NCBI GenBank assembly: GCA_029856145.1
Contig: JAHQWK010000001.1
Span: forward strand, 256,001 to 320,000
Length of the DNA: 64,000 nt
Direction of reading: 5' to 3'
From: Promethearchaeia archaeon
GTDB lineage: Archaea; Asgardarchaeota; Lokiarchaeia; Sigyniarchaeales; SOKP01
Each line of letters starts with the position of its first letter. Within the stretch, counting starts at the first letter, position 1. Below the pieces are notes generated by a model, which saw nothing but the letters and a program-made list of their open reading frames with translations, did not search any database and had not been told where the DNA came from. The translations under genes and the position numbers were made by a program. Below are positions 31,120 through 40,911 of this stretch, piece after piece.

Positions 31120-33999
31120 ATGCCGCCTCCAAAAAAGAAAAAGCTTGACGATAAGGAACAAACTTCGCTTTTCTCCTTTGTTGATAAGAAAGAAGAGAAA
31201 AAAGAAAAATCTCCAGAAACAACTAAAGAACCTAAAATTGAAAAGTCTAAAGAAGAAAAAGTAATAAAAGTAGCACCCCCTAAAGTAGAGGAAATCACAA
31301 AAGATTTACCTTCAAAATTGTATTTCAAGGGAAATGATGAACCCTTTGGTTTAAAAGCAGGAAATATCAAATTACCTAAAGTTTTACGAGAAAGTGTGTC
31401 TTCAACATACCTTCGATACTTGATTGAAAAAGGAGAAATAGTAGAAGATATGGAACGAGGATTGTTACTTGATGTTGATTATGATGGTGGACAAAACAAA
31501 GCATATTGTAAATTTTACGATTTAGAAACTGATGATATAAAGATTTGGATTGACACTACTGATCATGAGCCTTATTGTTTAAGCAAAGAATCGATAAATG
31601 AATTAGAAAACATTATTGAATTAAAAGATTATGAAGGATTCACTAGATTTGAAGAAATCGAGAAATTAGATTTGTTAAAAGACAAAAAAATACCAATGAC
31701 AAAAATTTATGGTAAAACACCTTCGGATATTGGAGGTTCTGGTACAAATATCAGAAATATTTTAAGCAAAAACAATAAAAAAGCTTGGGAAGCAGATATT
31801 AGATATCATTTAAACTATATTTTTGATAGACAACTAATTCCTGGATTAATTTATAGTATTCAGGGTGGTCAAATCAAAAAGTTAAGTTTTGAAAAGGATT
31901 CAGAAGAATCAAAGAGAATGGCAAAAGAATTACGTGATCAATTTAAAGATGAATCTCCAGAAATCCAAGAATTCTCGGAAAAGTTTTTGGATATATTGCT
32001 CACTCCGATTCCAGATGTGAAAAGGTTAGCTATGGATATCGAAGTAAATATAGGATTAGAAGATTTTGTTATTCCAGATCCTCGGCAGGCAAAACAAGCA
32101 ATTATCAGTATATCATTTGTGGCTTCGGATGGACTAAAATTAGTTTATGTACTAGAACGAGAAGGATTTGCTTTTCGTGGACTTCATAAAAAATTTCCAT
32201 CTGATGCAGAAGTTATATTCTTTAAAAGCGAAAAGGAATTATTAACAGAATCCTTTCGTCTTTTATGGGAATATCCTGTAATTATCACATTCAATGGTGA
32301 TAATTTTGATTTAAATTATATGTTTCATAGAGCAAATAAGTTAAAAATAAATAAAGATTTAAATCCCATCCATGTTAAGAGAGGTTTTGGTTTCTTATCA
32401 AGATCTGACTGTGATCTAAGAAAAGGAATCCATCTTGATCTATTTAATTTCTTCTTTAATAGAAGTATTTCAGGATATGCATTTAGTGGAGCATATGAAA
32501 GCAGTTCATTAAATGCAATAAGTGATGCGTTATTGGGAGAAAAGAAATATGAACATGAAGAAGAAATACACGAAATGGAATATGATATCCTTACTTGGTA
32601 TAATCTAAAAGATTCAATCCTTACATTAGAATTAACAAAATTTAACAACTCCTTAGTATGGAATTTAATTCTATTATTATGTCGAATAACTAAGATGCCT
32701 ATTCATGAAACTGTAAGGCGCCAAATTTCTACTTGGATACAAAATATATTTTATTTTGAACATAGAAGAAATAATTATCTTATTCCTCGCCGGTCTGAAA
32801 TAGCTGAATTAAAAACAGGGGGATACTCAAAAGCTGTCATCGAAGGAAAAGCATTCGCTGGAGCATATGTCGTTCCACCTGTTCCAGGTATTCATTTCGA
32901 TGTTGTTGTTATGGATTTTGCCTCACTATACCCTTCTATTATTAAGGAATATAATCTTTCATATGAAACAGTTTTATGTCCTCATAAGGATGATGAAGAT
33001 AATCTTGTTAAAGGTACTCCTTATCATATATGTACTCAAAAAATGGGAATCTTTGCGTATGTTGTAGGCTTTTTCCGAGATATAAGAGTTAAATATTTTA
33101 AACCAAAATCAAGTGATAAAAATCTAACAGAAAAACAGCGAAGTTATTATCAAACAATCCAACAAGCATTAAAAGTATTTATTAATGGAAGTTATGGTGT
33201 TTTTGGTTCCAAGAATTTTCCTCTTTTTTGCCTTCCGGTGGCTGAAAGTACAACTTCAATAGGACAATATTCAATAAAGCAAACTATTAAGAAATCAGAA
33301 GAAATTGGTGTAAAGGTTTTATATGGAGATACGGATTCTGTTTTTCTTTTAAATCCTACAATTGATCAGATGAAAGAGATATCAGATTGGAGTAAAAAAG
33401 AATTAGATCTTGATTTAGAAGAGGAAAAGACTTACCAATTTTTAGCACTCTCTGAAAGAAAGAAGAATTATGTCGGTATTTATAAGGATACTAAATATGT
33501 AGATATAAAAGGGCTTGTTGCTAAAAAGAAAAACACACCTGGGTTCATTAGAACTGTATTTAATGAAATGATTGAAATCTTGAAAAAAATTACAAATAAC
33601 GATCAATTTTTAAAAGCTAAAGATAATATCATAGAAATCGTGAGAGATAACTTAAAGAAAATAGGAAAGCCAAATACTTTTTCTTTAGAAGATTACATAA
33701 TTAACATTACCCTACAAAAGGATCTTAAAAGCTATATAAAAGTAGTTCCTCAACATGTTCGAGCTGCGTTAGAATTAAGAAATGTTACGGGAAGAGAATT
33801 TCAAAAAGGTGAAACAATAAGTTTTATCAAAAGTAAAGGGGCGATCGGAGTAAAAGCACTTGAACTTGCAAAACTTCAAGATGTCGATATTAAAAAGTAT
33901 AGAGAACTTTTAATCTCTGCCTTAGAGCAAGTGCTAGATGCCCTTGGTATTACATATGAAGAAATTAAGGGGATTAAAAAATTGGACGCATTTTTTTGA
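31120..33999 (+). CDS. polB1: Family B DNA polymerase, PolB1 type
   Basis: LLDVDYDG..KAYCKFYD, exonuclease DIE and FNGDNFD, DFASLYPSII, KVFINGSYG, YGDTDS, C-terminal KKLDAFF; ATG at 31120. Confidence 0.95.
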   Translation: MPPPKKKKLDDKEQTSLFSFVDKKEEKKEKSPETTKEPKIEKSKEEKVIKVAPPKVEEITKDLPSKLYFKGNDEPFGLKAGNIKLPKVLRESVSSTYLRYLIEKGEIVEDMERGLLLDVDYDGGQNKAYCKFYDLETDDIKIWIDTTDHEPYCLSKESINELENIIELKDYEGFTRFEEIEKLDLLKDKKIPMTKIYGKTPSDIGGSGTNIRNILSKNNKKAWEADIRYHLNYIFDRQLIPGLIYSIQGGQIKKLSFEKDSEESKRMAKELRDQFKDESPEIQEFSEKFLDILLTPIPDVKRLAMDIEVNIGLEDFVIPDPRQAKQAIISISFVASDGLKLVYVLEREGFAFRGLHKKFPSDAEVIFFKSEKELLTESFRLLWEYPVIITFNGDNFDLNYMFHRANKLKINKDLNPIHVKRGFGFLSRSDCDLRKGIHLDLFNFFFNRSISGYAFSGAYESSSLNAISDALLGEKKYEHEEEIHEMEYDILTWYNLKDSILTLELTKFNNSLVWNLILLLCRITKMPIHETVRRQISTWIQNIFYFEHRRNNYLIPRRSEIAELKTGGYSKAVIEGKAFAGAYVVPPVPGIHFDVVVMDFASLYPSIIKEYNLSYETVLCPHKDDEDNLVKGTPYHICTQKMGIFAYVVGFFRDIRVKYFKPKSSDKNLTEKQRSYYQTIQQALKVFINGSYGVFGSKNFPLFCLPVAESTTSIGQYSIKQTIKKSEEIGVKVLYGDTDSVFLLNPTIDQMKEISDWSKKELDLDLEEEKTYQFLALSERKKNYVGIYKDTKYVDIKGLVAKKKNTPGFIRTVFNEMIEILKKITNNDQFLKAKDNIIEIVRDNLKKIGKPNTFSLEDYIINITLQKDLKSYIKVVPQHVRAALELRNVTGREFQKGETISFIKSKGAIGVKALELAKLQDVDIKKYRELLISALEQVLDALGITYEEIKGIKKLDAFF

Positions 34000-34042
34000 A
34001 TTTTTTCAAAAACTTTTTTTAAAATGTCAAAAATAAAAGAAT

Positions 34043-34657
34043 ATGGAAAAACCAGTAAAAAAATCTAACAAGCTTCCCTATTTTGTAATTTTGGTATTCA
34101 TATTATTAGTTGGTTCTATTTTAATACCGTTTATATTAGTCAATGCAAACCAAACTGGAAGTTGTTTGCATCATTTAGAAGAAGATAATGGAATCCTTTG
34201 GGTGATAGGCAGAAGTTTTGGATTTACAACCTTCATTTGGTTCATAATAAGTACATTATTCGGTATTACCACAAAAAAGCTTGCACAATCTTTTAACTCA
34301 TATAAAAATGCTAGAGATCTTCACTGTTTAAATGCTGCAATAACCATTGTGGTTTTTCTAATTCATATTGGTACTCTCCTTGGATCTGAACCATGGGGAG
34401 ATTTAATATTCAATGGAGAATATAACCATATTCCTTACCCTTTATTTTTGACCAAATTATTAACAGGTGTTCTTTTTGGGATTATAATGGTTTCAGTGAC
34501 AGGAAGTGCTTTTTATTTTAGAGATATGAACAAAATGAAAAGGTTTGGATATAAAAGATTTATAAAATTACACTATGTTATGCTCTCCTTATCTGTAATT
34601 CTAGGGATTCATATTTTTCTGATAAATACTGAAATATTAATAATATTCTGGGGTTGA
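34043..34657 (+). CDS. Ferric-reductase-like / cytochrome b transmembrane protein
   Basis: About 5-6 TM with spaced His pairs RDLH..LIH and KLHY..GIH. Confidence 0.65.
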   Translation: MEKPVKKSNKLPYFVILVFILLVGSILIPFILVNANQTGSCLHHLEEDNGILWVIGRSFGFTTFIWFIISTLFGITTKKLAQSFNSYKNARDLHCLNAAITIVVFLIHIGTLLGSEPWGDLIFNGEYNHIPYPLFLTKLLTGVLFGIIMVSVTGSAFYFRDMNKMKRFGYKRFIKLHYVMLSLSVILGIHIFLINTEILIIFWG

Positions 34658-34661
34658 TTCC

Positions 34662-34943
34662 ATGAAAAAACTTTTATTAATTATTTTAATCGCTTTTATT
34701 ATCGTTTCAATATTTACAATTGTGTTTACCATTCAAAGAAGCAGCACATTCACTAATTTTACTGAGGATAATGGAGATAACGGGGATGATTATTTTAGTT
34801 TTAATAATCTGAATATACTTCAAGATGTAGCTGTTAATAAGATAGAAAATATTTTGCTAACAGATAATAAAAACGTAATTCCTCAAATTTATAACCTCAA
34901 ATTATCCTACGTGTTTTCATTATTTCTAAATGATATAATATAA
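34662..34943 (+). CDS. Small membrane-anchored hypothetical protein
   Basis: MKK + hydrophobic helix, 4 nt after the preceding gene. Confidence 0.5.
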   Translation: MKKLLLIILIAFIIVSIFTIVFTIQRSSTFTNFTEDNGDNGDDYFSFNNLNILQDVAVNKIENILLTDNKNVIPQIYNLKLSYVFSLFLNDII

Positions 34944-36023
34944 TAATCCCATAATTGAAGCACATAAAATTGGATTCAAAATATTATCGTCGATTTTGAG
35001 ATTTAGAATATCAATAATTAGAAATGCTAATGCTCCAATAAATCCTATTATTATTATTTTCGAAATATTTAAAGAATAATGCTCAAATAACCATAAAACT
35101 ATAAAGCTGATTCCAAAAGATACTAAGAATCCAGATATATATCCAATTAATGTTTTATTTGAAGATTTTGGAATATGAATTCTACCAAATCTTAATCCAA
35201 ATATAGACGCTGCACCATCTCCTAAGGTAGCTATTAATGCGACAGCAGTAAATACTCCGAAAGGAAGAAAAAGTGTAGGTATAAGTGATAAAACCAAGGC
35301 AACTGGTCTTGTAAATTCATAGATCTCGTTTTTCTTTAAAGTTTTGCCTAAAGTATTGGAAATACAAGTAGGAAGTAAATGATAAATACTACTTTTATTA
35401 AAAATATGAGATAGACGAATGTAATCTAAAGCAGCAAATATGATAATTCCTGTATAGCCAACTACCAATATTAAAAATATCCCATATTCTGTCCCTGAGA
35501 TTCCCCAAAATTGATCAGCATCCCACATAGCATCCCAAATATAGACAGCAAAAAGCCATAAAAAAATAATAATAACTGCAGGTAATAAATGGAATGCTTT
35601 TCTATGAAAATCAGTTCTTAAAGCATCTTTTCTATTATTGAGATTTTTTATATCCATTAAAGTAAAATGATCTATAAACTTCTCTATAGTTCGATTATCT
35701 CTTAAATGTGTTTTTTTCTTCAATACAAATTGATACTGGTAATATAAAATAAAAAAAATCAACAACGGAGCATATATACATATAATTTGTAGAGCTAATC
35801 CTTCAAACCATCTTACTTGACTTGTATCTCTTATAAAGAATAACGGATAAACTATACCAGCTACAATCCATAATATAAATATCAATAAAGAATTTATAAA
35901 ATTATGATCTGGATACTTCTTTCTCAACTTTAGAGCATAATAAAGGTGAATAAACCCATTACCTATATAAAAAATTGTAACTGATAAGGTGAGACAGTTA
36001 TAAACCATAGTATAACTAAACAA
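34926..36023 (-). CDS. CTP-dependent polyprenol/diacylglycerol kinase (dolichol/phytol kinase family)
   Basis: RKAFHL, LGDGAASIFG, NKTLIG, IDDN; extra N-terminal TM helices. Confidence 0.85.
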   Translation of the reverse strand: MFSYTMVYNCLTLSVTIFYIGNGFIHLYYALKLRKKYPDHNFINSLLIFILWIVAGIVYPLFFIRDTSQVRWFEGLALQIICIYAPLLIFFILYYQYQFVLKKKTHLRDNRTIEKFIDHFTLMDIKNLNNRKDALRTDFHRKAFHLLPAVIIIFLWLFAVYIWDAMWDADQFWGISGTEYGIFLILVVGYTGIIIFAALDYIRLSHIFNKSSIYHLLPTCISNTLGKTLKKNEIYEFTRPVALVLSLIPTLFLPFGVFTAVALIATLGDGAASIFGLRFGRIHIPKSSNKTLIGYISGFLVSFGISFIVLWLFEHYSLNISKIIIIGFIGALAFLIIDILNLKIDDNILNPILCASIMGLLYYII

Positions 36024-36094
36024 TGATTTTAAAAATACGTTATGAAAAAAATGAAAAGAAGAATTTAGAATAAAAAATTAAATAATAAATAAAA

Positions 36095-36382
36095 TTAGAG
36101 CCCTAGAAGTAAAAATTCATCAAGAGCTTTATGAAGTTTCTTTAAATTATCTTCTCCAAGGGCTTTATCTACTTGAATCTTTAAATCAAAAGCGGTACTA
36201 AACGCTTTAAAAAACGTGTTTTGAATGACATCGTTAAACTGAGACTTATCTTTCTTTTGTTCCTTAAATTCATCTACTCGCCTAATCATAGCTTCTTCAT
36301 AAGTTTTGTCAGTAACAGTTCTTAACTCTGCCAGTTTACGGATTTTCATTCCATCCCTATCTTCAACATATTCTTCAGGCAT
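36095..36382 (-). CDS. Small hypothetical protein coupled to tes
   Basis: ATG immediately follows the tes stop; GGAGGAGG SD lies inside the tes 3' end. Confidence 0.75.
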   Translation of the reverse strand: MPEEYVEDRDGMKIRKLAELRTVTDKTYEEAMIRRVDEFKEQKKDKSQFNDVIQNTFFKAFSTAFDLKIQVDKALGEDNLKKLHKALDEFLLLGL

Positions 36383-38119
36383 TTATTCCTCCTCCTCCTT
36401 CTTAATCCCACCATTACGGGCGATTTCTTGTTCGATTTCTTCCACAGCTTGACCTGTAGTGGTGTCGAACTCATTTTTAATTTTTGGTGTTATCTGTTTT
36501 GCTATTTGTTTCTCAATAATAGGTCTATGAATTGTGTTCATTGTACAAAAGCTTATTTCCTTTACACTTCCATCTGGCATTGCGACGCCAAAATGTACTA
36601 TACATCTCTTTGTTCTCTCAATGTCCATGTTATAAGCGTCTTGAAAATGCATACTGGAAAGCAACAACGCACCATAACTAAAAGAGCTTACACTCTCCCA
36701 ATCCCCTCGCATTAAAAGTCTTGAAAACATTTCCATGAGTTTTCCTGGTTTTTTCATGTATTGTAACACACCTAAAAGGAATCTTGCTCGGAGTTGGGTT
36801 TTGTCCAGAAAATTCAAACCATTATCTAGAGTTTTACCAAAATCACCTAGTAAATCTTCAAAAATTCTAAGCTGTTTCTTTTCTTTATGTTTAATTTTAG
36901 CCCAAAAACGGTTAGCAAAGTCTATAACTTTTAAAGGGTCGAAATATTCCATTATTGGCATCATTTCGCCCGAATCAGGATCTACTACCATATAACTTGC
37001 AAAACCACAGTCGGGATGACAAGTAAATTCTATTGGTTCAACATCCGCCAAATAGGCTATAACTCTGCCAAATTCCACGATAGTGCTCAAAGGATACCAA
37101 GCATTCTCCATTCCGATCTTCCCACCTGTTTGTTCCTCAATAATTTTAAGTATATCTGCATTGGTTATTCGAAGATCTTGTCGTTCTTCATAAGCAATTC
37201 GGCCACATAGAGAAACCGGCTGAAAAGTTATACCACGAACAACATCCACATTGTCAATAGCATATTGAATGATGTTTCCAACCTCAATATCAGTAACTCC
37301 CTTAGCAATTGTAGCAACCAATACAATGGAATCAAGTCCAGCCTTACGACAATTATCGATAACCCTCTGTTTGTACGCCATGAGATTCTTAATCCCCCTT
37401 GTTTTTTCATATGTGATATCGTTGATGCCATCGAACTGGAAATAGAGTGTATCTAATCCCGCTTCTTTTACCCTTTTGGTCCATTCGAAGCCACCTTTTT
37501 TTCGAGACATCCCATAACCATTCGTAGCTACAATGACTTCCTTAAATCCATTATCTTTTGCCATTTTACAAATTTCAGGAAAATCTTTCCTAACTGTAGG
37601 TTCTCCACCAGTAAACATTATTGCAATTGCTGGAATAGGTTTGCTTCTGAAATGTTTCATAATTCTATCAATTTCTTCCAACGAGGGTTCGACTAAATAA
37701 CCAGATTTTTGTACATTTGCATAACAGAAATTACAATTAAAATTACAACGATTTGTCAAGTCGATTAACGCTAAAGAACAAGTTGATAGGTGCTCTGGAC
37801 ATAAACCACAGTTATAAGGACAACCTCTTGGATCTTCACCAACACAATCAGGAGGATTTGACTCACCATCTTTATCAAATTTCCAAATAACGTTTCCACC
37901 TTTATCTTTTACTGCCCAATGTGTCCATTTATAATATTTAGCAGAGCTACTAATCTTATCTTTGAATTGACCGTGCTCTTCGCAGGTTTTTCTCATCCAG
38001 ATTTCATCATTCTCTTCATAAACTTCGGCACCAATTGGTTCCAAACATTCTGGGCAAACGCTTCCCGTTTTTCGATAATATGGTGTATTTAAATATTCAT
38101 CATCGTCTAAATGATACAT
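36383..38119 (-). CDS. tes: Radical SAM tetraether lipid synthase (Tes / GDGT-MAS, MJ0619 family)
   Basis: SVCPEC..KTCEEHG, CPYNCGLCPEH, CNFNCNFC, CHPDCG, HFQDAYNMD..RCIVH, FCTMN. Confidence 0.9.
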   Translation of the reverse strand: MYHLDDDEYLNTPYYRKTGSVCPECLEPIGAEVYEENDEIWMRKTCEEHGQFKDKISSSAKYYKWTHWAVKDKGGNVIWKFDKDGESNPPDCVGEDPRGCPYNCGLCPEHLSTCSLALIDLTNRCNFNCNFCYANVQKSGYLVEPSLEEIDRIMKHFRSKPIPAIAIMFTGGEPTVRKDFPEICKMAKDNGFKEVIVATNGYGMSRKKGGFEWTKRVKEAGLDTLYFQFDGINDITYEKTRGIKNLMAYKQRVIDNCRKAGLDSIVLVATIAKGVTDIEVGNIIQYAIDNVDVVRGITFQPVSLCGRIAYEERQDLRITNADILKIIEEQTGGKIGMENAWYPLSTIVEFGRVIAYLADVEPIEFTCHPDCGFASYMVVDPDSGEMMPIMEYFDPLKVIDFANRFWAKIKHKEKKQLRIFEDLLGDFGKTLDNGLNFLDKTQLRARFLLGVLQYMKKPGKLMEMFSRLLMRGDWESVSSFSYGALLLSSMHFQDAYNMDIERTKRCIVHFGVAMPDGSVKEISFCTMNTIHRPIIEKQIAKQITPKIKNEFDTTTGQAVEEIEQEIARNGGIKKEEEE

Positions 38120-38370
38120 TTTTTGTGTACTCCAAATTTTAATGTTTTAATAAAACATACGTTTATACAAAATTATTTTCCTTTTTTAAAAACATTTTCT
38201 TACGTTTACTACTTTTGATAATATTATTTGTTAATAAACATAAAAACTAATCTTTCTCCCTTCTTACTATTAATTCACGAAGATTTTCAATTTTAGTTAG
38301 ATTAAAAATATAATGTTTATAATTAACAAAATAAAGTAAATACTTAGAGAAAATTTTTGGTGAGACAAAG

Positions 38371-39750
38371 ATGAATGATATGAACTCTGGTTTTGTAAAC
38401 GATTTAAACATGATTTTAGCCACTGATTTTTATCAATTGACAATGGGTGCTGCCTATTATCAATACAATCTCGAGAACAATATTACTGAAGAAAATGATA
38501 TTGCTACATTTGAATTGTTTATTAGAAAATTTCCAGAAAATCGCAATTATTTAATTTTTGCAGGATTAGAACAAGCAATTCAGTATTTACTAAATGCTAG
38601 ATTTACAGAACGAACAATCAAATTTTTAAGAGAGAAGGAAGTTTTCAAAAAAATTGATCCAAGCTTTTTCGATGAGTATTTACCAAATTTTAAATTCAAT
38701 TTGGATGTATGGACAATGAGAGAGGGAAATTTCTTCTTCCCAAATGAACCTATACTGAGAGTACAAGGTCCTATGTTTCATGCGCAAATTGTCGAAACAT
38801 ATCTACTTAATGTAATTAATTTTCAATCTCTAATTGCGTCCAAAGCCTCAAGAATTAAAAATATTGCTCCTAATAAAGTACTTCTTGAATTTGGTACGAG
38901 ACGATCTCATAGTCCTCTTGCGGGAGTCTATGCTGCCAGAGCAAGTTATATTGCGGGATTTAACGGTAGTAGCAATGTGGTTGCGGATCTTGAATTAGGA
39001 ATTAACTCCTCTGGCACTATGGCTCATAGTTTCGTACAGAAATTCGATGATGAGTTAGATAGTTTTGACTTATACTATAAAATCTATGGTAAGAATTCTA
39101 TATTTTTAATAGATACATATGATACTGAAAAAGGAGCTCAGAAATCTTGCAAATATGGGAATACTATATGGGGAGTAAGAATAGATTCTGGCGATCTCAT
39201 TGACCATGCTAAAAAAGTTCGAAAAATTCTTGATGATAATGGCTGTGAAAAAGTATTAATTGTAGCTAGTTCAGATTTGAATGAATATAAAATAAAAGAA
39301 ATTATTGATAAGAATGCTCCCATAGACGTTTTTGGAGTAGGAACTGAATTGGCAACTTCTCGAGATGATCCGACAATTGCGGGAGTATACAAATTAATAG
39401 AATATAATGGAGAGCCAAAAATAAAAATTAGTGAAGAAAAAGTAACTTATCCCGGAATAAAGCAAGTACATCGAATTTACGATAGAAATGGTATGTTTAA
39501 AGAAGATATATTATCACTTGCATATGAACCTGCCCCTTCTAATTCTGAAACACTATTAATTCCAATTATGAAAGATGGTGAATTAATCACGAAATTACCA
39601 AAATTGGATGACATTCAAAAGTTTTATTTAGATAATATTAAGAAATTACCTAAAACCTATAAGAAATTAGAGGAAGTTGATATCTTCGAATTAAAAATTT
39701 CAGAAAAATTAAGGCATCTTACAGATTCTTTAAAACTCAAATATACTTAA
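38371..39750 (+). CDS. pncB: Nicotinate phosphoribosyltransferase
   Basis: TDFYQLTM, EFGTRR, GTMAHS, LIDTYD, RIDSGD, FGVGT. Confidence 0.95.
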   Translation: MNDMNSGFVNDLNMILATDFYQLTMGAAYYQYNLENNITEENDIATFELFIRKFPENRNYLIFAGLEQAIQYLLNARFTERTIKFLREKEVFKKIDPSFFDEYLPNFKFNLDVWTMREGNFFFPNEPILRVQGPMFHAQIVETYLLNVINFQSLIASKASRIKNIAPNKVLLEFGTRRSHSPLAGVYAARASYIAGFNGSSNVVADLELGINSSGTMAHSFVQKFDDELDSFDLYYKIYGKNSIFLIDTYDTEKGAQKSCKYGNTIWGVRIDSGDLIDHAKKVRKILDDNGCEKVLIVASSDLNEYKIKEIIDKNAPIDVFGVGTELATSRDDPTIAGVYKLIEYNGEPKIKISEEKVTYPGIKQVHRIYDRNGMFKEDILSLAYEPAPSNSETLLIPIMKDGELITKLPKLDDIQKFYLDNIKKLPKTYKKLEEVDIFELKISEKLRHLTDSLKLKYT

Positions 39751-40631
39751 TTTTTAAGATCTACATTTGTTAATTTAACGCTCACATCCCATAGCTGTTT
39801 AGCTACATTTTTATCATATGAGATTTTAACAGATTTCGCTTCTTTTCTCCTTTTAAAGTATTTTCCACTTGTACCATCTACTTCGGGAGAAGAAGCTAGG
39901 TATACTGAAGTTTTTGCCCCTCGCTTCGGTGTTAACATGAATAAGCCAATTAAATGGTAAAAATATTTAACAAATGGGCGAAATTTTCGTATCATATTTG
40001 TTTTTACAAATCCAGGGTGAAGACAATTCACTGAAACTCCTGTTCCCTCTATCTTTCTAGCAAACTCATAAGTAAAGAGTACAACTGCCAATTTTGATTG
40101 TGAGTATGCTTTTAATTGGCGATAATGATTATCTCCGTTTAAGTCATCAAAATCAAAAGATTTTGCTTGAATACTTGATGCTAGGTTTACAATACGCGCT
40201 GGAACGCTATTCTTTAATGTATCTAACAATAAATTACATAACATAAAATGGGCTAAATAGTTTAATGCAAATGTTGTTTCTACGCCATCTTTTGTTAAAG
40301 TCTGTTTGTGTAAATTTACCCCTGCGTTATTTATTAGAACGTGCAAGTTATTATATCTCTTTTTAAATTCTGATACAAGGTTATGAATTCCTTTCTGAGA
40401 AGATAAGTCAGCTAGTATTAAATCAATTGACTCATTTCCTGTTTTTTCTTTTATTTTTTTTATTGCCTTTTCAGCACGAGTTTGATCTCGGCATACCAAT
40501 ACTAATGAAGCCCCTAGTTTTGCTAAACTGATGGCAGTTGCTTTGCCAATACCAGAATTAGCGCCCGTAATCATACAAATTTTTCCATTCAGCATTTTAG
40601 ATTTATTATTCACCATTTTAGCCATTACCAA
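39747..40631 (-). CDS. Short-chain dehydrogenase (retinol dehydrogenase-like)
   Basis: TGANSGIG, NNAG, YSQSK, HPGFVKT. Confidence 0.92.
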   Translation of the reverse strand: MVMAKMVNNKSKMLNGKICMITGANSGIGKATAISLAKLGASLVLVCRDQTRAEKAIKKIKEKTGNESIDLILADLSSQKGIHNLVSEFKKRYNNLHVLINNAGVNLHKQTLTKDGVETTFALNYLAHFMLCNLLLDTLKNSVPARIVNLASSIQAKSFDFDDLNGDNHYRQLKAYSQSKLAVVLFTYEFARKIEGTGVSVNCLHPGFVKTNMIRKFRPFVKYFYHLIGLFMLTPKRGAKTSVYLASSPEVDGTSGKYFKRRKEAKSVKISYDKNVAKQLWDVSVKLTNVDLKN

Positions 40632-40709
40632 TATCTAATAGGTCACTTAATTTCCTAATCATAAGAACTAGAGTAAATAGGAAAATAATGTAATATTAAT
40701 AAAACCTAC

Positions 40710-40910
40710 TTATAGGCTGTTAAAATTCGTGAGATTAGTAAACACATCCCAAAGTCTTATTGCAATAGACTCATCATAAGTAATATTGTTTGATTTTCTT
40801 TCTTTTTTGTCAATAAAATATTTTCCAGATATATTTTTCACATCTGGAGATGATATGAGGGATATTGAGGTATCTGCTCCTTTTTCTGGGTTTTTAGTAA
40901 AACAAAAAAA
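40710..40910 (-). pseudogene. 3'-end relic of an SDR paralogue
   Basis: PEKGADTSISLISSPDVKNISGKYF..YDESIAIRLWDV aligns with the C-terminus of the adjacent SDR; Rossmann fold and catalytic motif are missing. Confidence 0.8.
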
Positions 40911-40911
40911 A

